Origin: Promethearchaeota archaeon
GTDB lineage: Archaea > Asgardarchaeota > Lokiarchaeia > Sigyniarchaeales > SOKP01
NCBI GenBank assembly: GCA_030606485.1
Contig: JAUWGH010000002.1
Location: 120,001 to 152,000, forward strand
Direction: 5' to 3'
DNA length: 32,000 bases
How positions within the stretch are numbered: the stretch's first letter is position 1; each line of letters begins with the position of its first letter. Below the pieces are notes generated by a model. That model made no database searches, had not been told where the DNA came from, and saw nothing but the letters and a program-made list of their open reading frames with translations. Shown here one piece after another: positions 18,750 to 27,277 of this stretch. The translations under genes were made by a program, and so were the position numbers.

Positions 18750-19430
18750 TTAAATAATATTATAAGATGTTATCCAAAAATAGGTTAAAAATTCTACATT
18801 AAGATTTTTTATATTATCTCCAAGAATTGGAGCAAATTCATTTTTTTTAGGGAAATTTTTTACAATTTCATATTTTCTTCCATCTTCTAAAGCCCTTATT
18901 TGATATGTATTCCCTTCATTATCTATTCTTGATATAGGAGTACTACTATCTTTGGTATATAGGTTATCAATAAATATCACTAAGGCATCTGATTGAAGTT
19001 TCGAGTGAAAAATATTAAGAAATGTTTTTAACTTAGATTTTAAAATATGCGACCACCAGAAACCACTAAAACCAGCAGAAAATTTCCCCTTAATTTTACT
19101 TAAATAAAATGAATCATCTTGAATAAAGGAAACATTATTTGAAAAAAAAACTTTTTTTTTAGCAATTTTAAGAACTTCTTGATTAATATCAGTTGCAGTA
19201 ACTAAATTTGCAATTGATGCAATAGTTTTTGTCCAATAACCGGTTCCACAGGCAATTTCAAGAACATTATGTCCTTTAAGTAATTTTTTAAGAATAGAAT
19301 GAAGTAAGGCTATATCTTCCTGTCGTTCAGGTCGTTGATAAGTTTTCTCATATTCAATCGCACGATCTGCATAATATTGAATGAGTTTCTTATCTTGATT
19401 TTTTCTCACGAATCTTACCTTAAATGACAT
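18750..19430 (-). CDS. Class I SAM-dependent methyltransferase
   Basis: Motif I VLEIACGTGYWT, ATDINQEVL, GFWWSHI. Starts 3 bp after the upstream mttB-like stop. Confidence 0.9.
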   Translation of the reverse strand: MSFKVRFVRKNQDKKLIQYYADRAIEYEKTYQRPERQEDIALLHSILKKLLKGHNVLEIACGTGYWTKTIASIANLVTATDINQEVLKIAKKKVFFSNNVSFIQDDSFYLSKIKGKFSAGFSGFWWSHILKSKLKTFLNIFHSKLQSDALVIFIDNLYTKDSSTPISRIDNEGNTYQIRALEDGRKYEIVKNFPKKNEFAPILGDNIKNLNVEFLTYFWITSYNII

Positions 19431-19433
19431 AAT

Positions 19434-20861
19434 TTATTGCAAATATTTAGTAACTATTTTATTTAATTCTTTTGCAAGAATTTCATTGATTGGCTGTATT
19501 GGGGGCATATTTAATAATCTATCTGCCTCTTCACGCGCTCTTTTTCTTGCGGATTTGGAACCCAGTTTTCTCCATGAATCGCGGGTCTTTCTATCAATAA
19601 TTGAACTTGGAAAAAATAATTCTTTTCTGAAAAGTTTTAAAGTAGATGGGTGGGATAATAGTTCTTCTTGCTCTCTAAAATCTTTTAGGATATCTAAAGC
19701 AAAAGGAGATCCATAATCCTCAATGCCTTGAAGGAATCTTTTAACCATTCCAATAATTTCGTTATCAATTAAAAGTTTTTCAATACTTTGTGTTGATTCA
19801 AAATCAAGCATTCCGGGACCTGAAATCATATTAATTCCGGCTAACCCGGCTAGAAGTGCTCCCATTCCTGCTTCAAAACCAGCTTGAGCATCTGGAATTT
19901 TTGCATCACTTAGACTCATATAAGCGTGTGTTGGCATTTTTAAAAATTTTCCCATTTCTATGTCACCAATGTTTATCATCATAGTCTCTATAGCTCCCAT
20001 CGGTGTTGTACCATGTTTCATATCCATTACTGCCGGTGATCCACCCCATATTAATGGTGCTCCACGTTTTGCCAATTGAGCAATTACAACCCCAACAAGG
20101 GTTTCAGCACAATGTTGAGTAATTGACCCCAACAAGGTAATTGGAGCACTTGCACCAGCCAATGGCATTGAAACAAACTCAGATGGGATCATACTTTTAG
20201 CGGCATCAATTACTGATTGACTAGTGAGATCTGACCACTTTAAAGGTGGGCTAGGGCAAGCATCAAATATTGCTAATGGTTTTCTCGCTAAATCATCTTC
20301 AGATAAGCGGCAAGACAAAAGAATTTCCCGCATAATTGAAAAACTATCCTTGCGAAATGTTCCCGTTACAACAGGTTTATGACAATTAGAAAGTGATATA
20401 AATAGACGATGCCAATCTTGTGCATCTTTAGGAACATCTTGATAGATTAATGCAGTGCTTTGAGCTTCAATATATTTTAATTGCTCAACGATTTTTGAAA
20501 ATTTAATGAAATCATTCGAATTAGCTTCTCTAATTTCGCCTGTATTCTCATCTAAGATGAAAATTGCAGCGGATCCAGGATCAAAATGAACTTGATCATT
20601 TTTCAATGAAATATGTTCCTTACCCTCTCGGTCAAATAAGGTTATTTCATTTGGAACCGATTTTAAACATTTATCGACTAAGTCAGATGGGATGTAGAAG
20701 CGTTGTTCCTTATAATTAAGACCTTGTTGCGAAAACAAATCTATAGCTTCTTGATTTTCTATAAAAACTCCTTGAGTTTCCAGAATGATCTTAGCTTCAT
20801 TAAAAATTAATTTCTTGTGTTCATTATCTAATATTTGAATCTTGGGTTTAATTATTGGCAT
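19434..20861 (-). CDS. Trimethylamine methyltransferase family (MttB-like, non-pyrrolysine) corrinoid methyltransferase
   Basis: PLAGASAPITLLGS, DMKHGTTPMGAIE, LSDAKIPDAQAGFE, GINMISGPGMLD; no in-frame TAG. Confidence 0.9.
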   Translation of the reverse strand: MPIIKPKIQILDNEHKKLIFNEAKIILETQGVFIENQEAIDLFSQQGLNYKEQRFYIPSDLVDKCLKSVPNEITLFDREGKEHISLKNDQVHFDPGSAAIFILDENTGEIREANSNDFIKFSKIVEQLKYIEAQSTALIYQDVPKDAQDWHRLFISLSNCHKPVVTGTFRKDSFSIMREILLSCRLSEDDLARKPLAIFDACPSPPLKWSDLTSQSVIDAAKSMIPSEFVSMPLAGASAPITLLGSITQHCAETLVGVVIAQLAKRGAPLIWGGSPAVMDMKHGTTPMGAIETMMINIGDIEMGKFLKMPTHAYMSLSDAKIPDAQAGFEAGMGALLAGLAGINMISGPGMLDFESTQSIEKLLIDNEIIGMVKRFLQGIEDYGSPFALDILKDFREQEELLSHPSTLKLFRKELFFPSSIIDRKTRDSWRKLGSKSARKRAREEADRLLNMPPIQPINEILAKELNKIVTKYLQ

Positions 20862-20890
20862 TTTGTATTTTTTTCGATTAAATCATATAT

Positions 20891-21772
20891 TTATAATGAA
20901 TAAATAATTTTACGGATTTCTTTAATTGTTTGAGGCGATGTTCCACAACATCCACCAACTATTTTTACTCCTAAATTAATCATATCGTGAATATCTCGTG
21001 CAAAATCATTTGGTGGATATTCATAAAACGGTCTATAATTTTCATCAATTTTTGGTTGTCCTGCATTTGGTTTAGCTGAAAGTGGTTTTTTAGTTAATTT
21101 AACACTCTCTTCTATTAATCCAATCATTTCATTAGAATCAATTGTACAGTTTGATCCAATCACATCTACATTTTCCTGTTCCAAGATTTGAATACATTTT
21201 TTAAGGGAATCACCCATTATCGTAAAATATCCCCTTGGAGTCTTTTTATATGTCATTGAGGCGATTATCGGCTTTTTAGAGGCTTCTTTCACTGCCTTAA
21301 TTGCTGTTTTCATTTCTTCAATATCTGAAATTGTTTCAATATGCCAGAGATCAACTCCATTTTCTAGTATTTTTACTTGATTAGCAAAACTTGCCTGCCA
21401 TTGTTCAATAGTAATATTTCCTACAGGAGGTCTGAATTCACCGCTTGGTCCTATATCTCCTACAATTAAACTGTTTGGAGGACATATTTTCTTTATATTT
21501 TCAAGTGCTTTTTGATTAATTTCCTCTATTCGATCTTCAAGTTTATATTTTTTTAAATTTAATGAAGATGACCCAAAAGTGCATGTTTGGCACATATCTG
21601 ACCCGACATCATAGTATGATTTATGTATATCAGAAATAATATCAGGTTTCTCAATATTCAATAGATCAGGAATCTTACCAGGTTCGATTCCTCGTTTAAA
21701 TATTTCTGTACCCATAGCTCCATCAAATAAAATTATCTTGGAATCATCTTTTAACCAATCATGGAATAACAT
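20891..21772 (-). CDS. Homocysteine S-methyltransferase domain protein (stand-alone MetH N-terminal/BHMT-like)
   Basis: LFDGAMGTE, TCTFG, GDIGPSG, IETISD, GSNC, KPNAGQP, and Zn-binding GGCCGT. Confidence 0.92.
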   Translation of the reverse strand: MLFHDWLKDDSKIILFDGAMGTEIFKRGIEPGKIPDLLNIEKPDIISDIHKSYYDVGSDMCQTCTFGSSSLNLKKYKLEDRIEEINQKALENIKKICPPNSLIVGDIGPSGEFRPPVGNITIEQWQASFANQVKILENGVDLWHIETISDIEEMKTAIKAVKEASKKPIIASMTYKKTPRGYFTIMGDSLKKCIQILEQENVDVIGSNCTIDSNEMIGLIEESVKLTKKPLSAKPNAGQPKIDENYRPFYEYPPNDFARDIHDMINLGVKIVGGCCGTSPQTIKEIRKIIYSL

Positions 21773-21802
21773 TTTTAATAAACTTCCTCCAAAGTATAAA
21801 TT

Positions 21803-22450
21803 CTATATATGCAGGAGAGATTTAGCTAGTTCAACTGCTTCTACAGCATTTTCAGCATAACCATCTGCACCGCATTCTTCAACCCATTTACTCGTAACCG
21901 GAGCACCACCAAGGATTACCTTAAATTTATTGCTAATTCCCTTTTTTTTCAAGATTTCTATAACTTTTTTCTGTCCTAACATAGTAGTTGTTAACAGGGC
22001 TGATACTCCGATAATATCAACATTTTTTTCAATTGCTTCATCAATAATCTTTTCAGCGGGAACATCGGCACCCAAATCATAAACCTCAAAACCATACGCT
22101 CTTAACATTGTTGCAACAATTGTTTTCCCGATTGAGTGTATATCACCTTCAATAGTTGCTATTACCACTTTTCCTAATGTTTTTCGCTCTATGCCACCCT
22201 GTAGATGAGGTATGAGAAGATCCAAGCAATCTTGCATGATTTTTGCCCCTCTCATCAACTCTGGAAGGAAAAATTCACCCGCATCCCATAATTCTCCTAC
22301 ACGCCGAATTCCTGCTCCAAATCCTTCTTCAATAACATTAAGTATATTAAAATTTTCATCAATTGCTTTATTGGCTAATTCTCTGGCTTTATCTTCATTC
22401 AAATTAACGATTGCATCAGAAATTTCACCATATAAGTTTTCTTGAGACAT
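21803..22450 (-). CDS. Corrinoid (B12-binding) methyl-carrier protein, MttC/MtbC-like
   Basis: Cap domain FLPELM; cobalamin motif EGDIHSIGKTIV; GVSALLTTT; GGAPV. Confidence 0.93.
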   Translation of the reverse strand: MSQENLYGEISDAIVNLNEDKARELANKAIDENFNILNVIEEGFGAGIRRVGELWDAGEFFLPELMRGAKIMQDCLDLLIPHLQGGIERKTLGKVVIATIEGDIHSIGKTIVATMLRAYGFEVYDLGADVPAEKIIDEAIEKNVDIIGVSALLTTTMLGQKKVIEILKKKGISNKFKVILGGAPVTSKWVEECGADGYAENAVEAVELAKSLLHI

Positions 22451-22533
22451 ATTATTCTCTCTCCTATTCTAAAAAATTATCCAAATATATTAAAACAAAT
22501 AAACTAATTTATTATAGATTTTCTATTATTGGT

Positions 22534-22545
22534 TATTTAAAACTT
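22534..22545 (-). promoter_or_regulatory. Putative BRE/TATA promoter for the corrinoid-HcyMT-mttB-SAM-MT operon
   Basis: Minus-strand AAGTTTTAAATA about 85 bp upstream of the corrinoid gene start; SD-like GGAG near the ATG. Confidence 0.4.
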
Positions 22546-22592
22546 ACAAAAATAAAGATTACTTAGATAAATTGAAAAAATTTTTGATTATT

Positions 22593-24032
22593 TCAAGCCG
22601 ATGATGTAAGATTTCGTTGTGCTTTCTTAACTATCTCTTCCAATTCTTTAGTCACATCATCTGCAAGTAGCTCGGGTTTATGGGTTGCCAAGATTTCCTC
22701 TTTGCGTTTACGGCAGCGTTTTTCCATACTAGAAGCGCCTTTATTATTCCACGTATCGTAATATTCCCTGTCTAAGAGAGTCGGGAACCATAATTCATTT
22801 CTGAAATGTTCAACTGTATGTTGTTTATCAAGAAAAGAACCTTTGGGGCCAACTTTTTCAATAATATCAATAGCAAATGCCTCTTCTTCAAACGTTACTT
22901 CTCTATTAATACTTTCTACATATGATATGATTTCTGATTGCATAACAAGAAAATCTAAAGAACTTGCTTGATCCACACCACAGATCCCCATATGGCCAAA
23001 AATATCAGCTCCAGCTGCAGTTCCCAATGCCAGAGTTAAACCACACTCGAGACCAGCTTGGGCATCTGGTCGTTTAGAATCAGTTAGCCCTACATTAATA
23101 TAGACAGGCAAATTATAATACTTTCCCATCTGAGTCATTGCGACACTGAATATAGCCTGTTCAGGACCACTGAAAATTAATTGCGTGGTTTTCATATCAA
23201 AAGCATGGCATATCCCACCGTAGCATACCGGTATTCCTTCGCGTATGAGTTGAGTAATACATATTCCAGCTAAAATTTCAGCGTTTTCCTGAGCTAATGT
23301 TCCTGCAATTGTAGCAGGCGCAGATAATCCCATTTGAGCCATGGGTCCAATTGAAACCGGCATATTAAGTCGAGCAGTTTCAAATAGTAGGTCAATTCCG
23401 TTAAATGGAAAGGACAGAGGACTTACCGGTTCAAGTAAGGGATGAAACATTGGTAATTTCTGGGCTTTTTTCTCATCTCCTCTAAGGGCGATAATAATAT
23501 CTACTATAAATTTTGCTGAAGCTCTATCATGGAACCAAAATATAATCGGTTTAGTAGTATTTTTAATAGTTTCAAACGCCACTGCTACACATCGCCATTC
23601 CACTGGAAGTTCATGTGGGTCTGCCATGGCTCCCGGTATGGTAATTTTTTCTAAAGCATCGGCAAATTTAACAGCAGTTGTGACATCATTAAGAGACGAA
23701 TATCTTCGTTTATTATCAATATTATCAATCCATAGTGCTTGACCGCCTGAAGTGTTGTAATTACGTTTCCCAACACCAAATTCAGCCTTTTTCGAAAGGT
23801 TTCGTCCATAAAATGTGAAATTTTTTCCCGCTTTTGAAAGCAGCTCCATTACTAAATCATCTGAAATTCTTACTCGTTTATCTTTCATATCCACATTCGC
23901 CCCTCTCTCGGCGAAACGTGATAAAATCTCATCATGCGGGATAATTACACCAATCCTTTCAAGTATTTCAAGAGATGTTTGGTGTATTTTATTAATCTGC
24001 TGTTCTGTAAGCACTTTTGCGATCATAAACAA
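22593..24032 (-). CDS. Second MttB-like (non-pyrrolysine) corrinoid methyltransferase
   Basis: PMAQMGLSAPATIAG, FDMKT, GLTDSKRPDAQAGLE; no in-frame TAG. Likely start is the ATG at 24026. Confidence 0.9.
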   Translation of the reverse strand: MFMIAKVLTEQQINKIHQTSLEILERIGVIIPHDEILSRFAERGANVDMKDKRVRISDDLVMELLSKAGKNFTFYGRNLSKKAEFGVGKRNYNTSGGQALWIDNIDNKRRYSSLNDVTTAVKFADALEKITIPGAMADPHELPVEWRCVAVAFETIKNTTKPIIFWFHDRASAKFIVDIIIALRGDEKKAQKLPMFHPLLEPVSPLSFPFNGIDLLFETARLNMPVSIGPMAQMGLSAPATIAGTLAQENAEILAGICITQLIREGIPVCYGGICHAFDMKTTQLIFSGPEQAIFSVAMTQMGKYYNLPVYINVGLTDSKRPDAQAGLECGLTLALGTAAGADIFGHMGICGVDQASSLDFLVMQSEIISYVESINREVTFEEEAFAIDIIEKVGPKGSFLDKQHTVEHFRNELWFPTLLDREYYDTWNNKGASSMEKRCRKRKEEILATHKPELLADDVTKELEEIVKKAQRNLTSSA

Positions 24033-24053
24033 TTGAACAACTATATTTAACTT

Positions 24054-24068
24054 TATTTAAAACTTTTT
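24054..24068 (-). promoter_or_regulatory. Putative BRE/TATA promoter (near-leaderless) for the second mttB-like gene
   Basis: Minus-strand AAAAAGTTTTAAATA ending 28 bp upstream of the ATG at 24026. Confidence 0.5.
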
Positions 24069-24175
24069 ATGGAAATTTTATTAGGTTTCCTAATTGGAAT
24101 ATTTTAGGATAAAAATCAAGTTTATTTGAAAACTAAAAAAAAAAAAATAATTTGAGATAAAATAAACTGTTGTAA

Positions 24176-25618
24176 TTAAAAGCCGAATTCCTTCAATTGT
24201 TTTCTAATTTCAGATGTTTTTTCAGGTGTTAGAGGGTATTTTTTCCAAAATATAATTGTACAAATCAATAAAATAATGGCTGGAATCACACTCATATGTA
24301 GGCGAATCCCCAATTGTGCTGAAGCTGATTGAGTAGTTGCTCCTTCTACAAATCCAGTAAGTATATGAATAAATGCAAATATTGTAATTTGAGCTCCTCG
24401 AGAAAGCCGCGATAGGAAAGCTACAACACCTACAGTTGCACCCCTTACATCTGAACGAGTTAATACCACTCTTTCATCAAGCACGTCCGAAAAATAAATT
24501 GTAGTTAATACCCAAAGGTTTCCCATTGTGAAACCCAAAATAAGCATGTAAATCATCGAATCAATTACACCTATATAAAAAGTGGTCAAAATACACCCCA
24601 TAACTAGTAAAAACCCTCCAATCACTGCAGTTTGCTTATTATTTTCATTTTTTTTAGCGAACCAAGTCCAGAACGGAACCGATATCAGCGCTCCAGTAAG
24701 AAAGGTTGCGAATAGAAGGATCATATTAAGTTCTATAGGTAGATCACTCACCAAAACAAAATTCGCTGCATATGGAATAGAAGCTGTCAAAGAACCGGTA
24801 ATTATCATAAATCCAAAGAATAGTATGACATAATATACAAAGCTTTTTTGTTTTAAGGTGGACTTCAATGCTTCTATGAAACTTTGACGTTTTTTCTCGC
24901 TTACATAATAGCGGTCAATGAGTTCTTTGTTCTCTTTCATTCCAAATAGACATAATATTGAAACGGGTACAATCGTACCAATAATAATCCAAACCATTGC
25001 GATATAGGCGGCTTGATTGTTTATACCTCCAAAAAGTCCAAGTAATATTGGTGGGACGATATTAGCGACCGGTAATGCCATCATAGAAAGAGGAGTTCCC
25101 CAGCCTCTGGCCTTCCTACGTGCTGGACCAGTACGAAATTTGTCAGGAAAAAGAGCATCAACATTTACAAAACAAAGTGTTGTTAAAGAATCAAATAAGC
25201 AGGTTGTAAATATGATCCACCCAAAAAATGGCATTGGATTCGTTGCAGCATCACCAGCTGGTGGCATAAATACAAGGGCCAAGACAAAGTTGGCGGGTAA
25301 GATGCCTATAATTATCCAAATAAATCTTTTACCATACTTTCTTGTGAATCTAGTAACACGATCAGTGAGGTGTCCTATAAGTGGATCATTAATAGCATCC
25401 CATAATGTAAAGATGAGCATCGCCAAAAAGATTAATACCGTGTCTAAACCAACCACGACTTCATAAAAGAAAAAAATGTATGCATTAAAAACCCCATATG
25501 CTAACCCCATCCAAAAGCCAGCACTGCCATAGGAAATCGTATTGAGAGTTGATGGGATTTTATAGGCTCCTTCAGCAACAGGTTTCTCCTTTGCGTTATT
25601 TTTTTTCACTTCATTCAT
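24176..25618 (-). CDS. MFS transporter, GPH (MelB/glycoside-pentoside-hexuronide) family
   Basis: LWDAINDPLIGHLTDR...YGKRFIW signature, about 12 TMs, DVLDE...G, LGIRLHMSVIP. Confidence 0.9.
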   Translation of the reverse strand: MNEVKKNNAKEKPVAEGAYKIPSTLNTISYGSAGFWMGLAYGVFNAYIFFFYEVVVGLDTVLIFLAMLIFTLWDAINDPLIGHLTDRVTRFTRKYGKRFIWIIIGILPANFVLALVFMPPAGDAATNPMPFFGWIIFTTCLFDSLTTLCFVNVDALFPDKFRTGPARRKARGWGTPLSMMALPVANIVPPILLGLFGGINNQAAYIAMVWIIIGTIVPVSILCLFGMKENKELIDRYYVSEKKRQSFIEALKSTLKQKSFVYYVILFFGFMIITGSLTASIPYAANFVLVSDLPIELNMILLFATFLTGALISVPFWTWFAKKNENNKQTAVIGGFLLVMGCILTTFYIGVIDSMIYMLILGFTMGNLWVLTTIYFSDVLDERVVLTRSDVRGATVGVVAFLSRLSRGAQITIFAFIHILTGFVEGATTQSASAQLGIRLHMSVIPAIILLICTIIFWKKYPLTPEKTSEIRKQLKEFGF

Positions 25619-25692
25619 TTATAAAAAACTCCTTTATTTTTTAAAAAATTTTAAATGGAATTCAAATATTCAAATATATTTGATTGATCTTT

Positions 25693-25705
25693 TATTTAAA
25701 GCTTT
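25693..25705 (-). promoter_or_regulatory. Putative BRE/TATA promoter for the MFS gene
   Basis: Minus-strand AAAGCTTTAAATA about 75 bp upstream of the ATG; SD GGAG upstream of the start. Confidence 0.4.
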
Positions 25706-25842
25706 CTTGCTTAGAAAATTTGGAAATTATGATATTTTCCAAAAATAGTGCATTAAAAATATAGTATTATTGAATTCATAACACTAATTAGAAGTAGAAT
25801 AGTTATTTTTTTTCTTTTTTTTCCGTTTTTTTAAGTAGTTCC

Positions 25843-26127
25843 TTATATATCTTGTTTTTCTAGCCTTTCTAATGTTTCCTTAATTTTTTTCAATTCAACT
25901 TTTAAATCTTCGTCTTGTTTATCTTCTCCTTTTCTCCTACTTTTTAATTCTTCTTCATCGATTTTTTTTAAAAGAATATTATTTTTCAGTTCTTCTGAAA
26001 TTATTTTTTTAATTTCCTTTAAAAATTGATTACGAGGAAGCCCTTTTATTTCCATTATTCTTTCCCTTACTGCAGATCTAATAAATTCTGATTTCGACTG
26101 ATTAATTTTTTTAGCAAAAGCATCAAT
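25843..26127 (-). pseudogene. Ribbon-helix-helix (CopG/MetJ-like) protein with coiled-coil tail, 5'-truncated
   Basis: The frame extends upstream of the ORF-track ATG as IDAFAKKINQSKSEFIRSAVRERIME (RHH helices) and hits TAA at 26128-26130 with no start codon or beta-strand. Confidence 0.6.
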
Positions 26128-26128
26128 T

Positions 26129-26242
26129 TACGATATGATGGATTATATCGAGCGTGAAAAAATTCAAGCACCAGCTTTAACTGATGAAGAAATGGAAAAG
26201 GAATTAAAAACCGCTACAAAATATTTTGAAGACATAAAGTAG
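26129..26242 (+). pseudogene. Probable C-terminal fragment of an unknown gene (or a 35-aa ORF from ATG 26135)
   Basis: YDMMDYIEREKIQAPALTDEEMEKELKTATKYFEDIK* has coding-like composition but no room for a promoter or 5' portion. Confidence 0.4.
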
Positions 26243-26329
26243 TAATTTATAACTTAACAAAAAAAGTAAAATGAAGTTTTGCAGGTATCAGATAACATCT
26301 TCATACTATTCTATTATTTATTCAAATAG

Positions 26330-27277
26330 TTGAAAATAATCTCCGTGAAAAGCTTTTCAATTTCGAATTTAATTCCTGAATTTTTAATTTCTAAAGAAGT
26401 AGAAGAAGGAAATTCTAAATCAACGGTTAAAGCGTATGAATATGATCTAAAAAAGCTTATAGAGATTATTGGAGATTCTAACATAGAACTTTTAACGACG
26501 ACAAAAATTAGAATTTTTATAAAATTCTTAAAAGATAAAAATTATTCAAAAAAGGGTATTGCAAGAAAAATCGCTACGTTGCGTTCATTTTTAAAATTTT
26601 TAGTTAAAAATGAGTTTATATCAAAAAATCCGATGGATAAGATTTCGAGCCCTAAGATAAGAATGGAGGAGAGCCTTCCCAAATACTTAGAGCTTGACGA
26701 AATCGGAAAAATTCTTGAAATGATAAAAGATAAAAACATATTTAATTCAAAAAAAAGCCAAAGATTTTATCTTCTAGTAAGATTATTATACGCGACAATG
26801 GCTCGAGTGAGTGAAATTTCAAATATTAAAATAAAAGATGTAAATTTTCAAGAAGGTTTTATTCATCTTAGGGGAAAGGGTAATAAAGAAAGAATTGTTC
26901 CCGTTGATAAGAATTCCCTAATGGTTATTAAGAATTATTTGGAAAATCGATTTTCTTATTCTGAAGAAGACTACTTACTTGTTAACACTCGAAATTTAAA
27001 ACTTTCTCCTCGTGTCATTCAGGAAGATATAAAGGTTATAAAAGAAAAATGTGGCTTTTCTCAATCAAAACAAATTACTCCACATATTTTTCGCCATACT
27101 GGAGCCACCCATTTAAGAAGAGCTGGGATGGACATTAGTGAATTACAAGATATATTAGGACACTCAAGTTCAAATACAACCAGAATTTATGCAAAGAATG
27201 ATATCAGAAATTTAAAAAAGTCTTACGATGGAATGCATCCTCTAAGTTTAAAAAAAGACTTAAGAATCAACAATTAA
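26330..27277 (+). CDS. xerA: Site-specific tyrosine recombinase, XerA/XerC/D type
   Basis: N-terminal SAM-like domain (STVKAYEYDL, RKIATLRSFLKFL); catalytic R (TMARVSE), K (GKGNKER), HxxR (HIFRH), H (LGHSS), Y (TRIYA). Confidence 0.9.
   Translation: MKIISVKSFSISNLIPEFLISKEVEEGNSKSTVKAYEYDLKKLIEIIGDSNIELLTTTKIRIFIKFLKDKNYSKKGIARKIATLRSFLKFLVKNEFISKNPMDKISSPKIRMEESLPKYLELDEIGKILEMIKDKNIFNSKKSQRFYLLVRLLYATMARVSEISNIKIKDVNFQEGFIHLRGKGNKERIVPVDKNSLMVIKNYLENRFSYSEEDYLLVNTRNLKLSPRVIQEDIKVIKEKCGFSQSKQITPHIFRHTGATHLRRAGMDISELQDILGHSSSNTTRIYAKNDIRNLKKSYDGMHPLSLKKDLRINN

Noticed and set aside
19434-24032. Pyrrolysine read-through in the MttB genes
   Set aside because: Neither gene has an in-frame TAG, and no pyl genes are in the window.
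26243-26329. Possible dif site upstream of xerA (ATGAAG...CTTCAT, TATC-A-GATA)
   Set aside because: Arms are short and spacing does not match the roughly 11-6-11 dif layout; expected by chance in AT-rich DNA.
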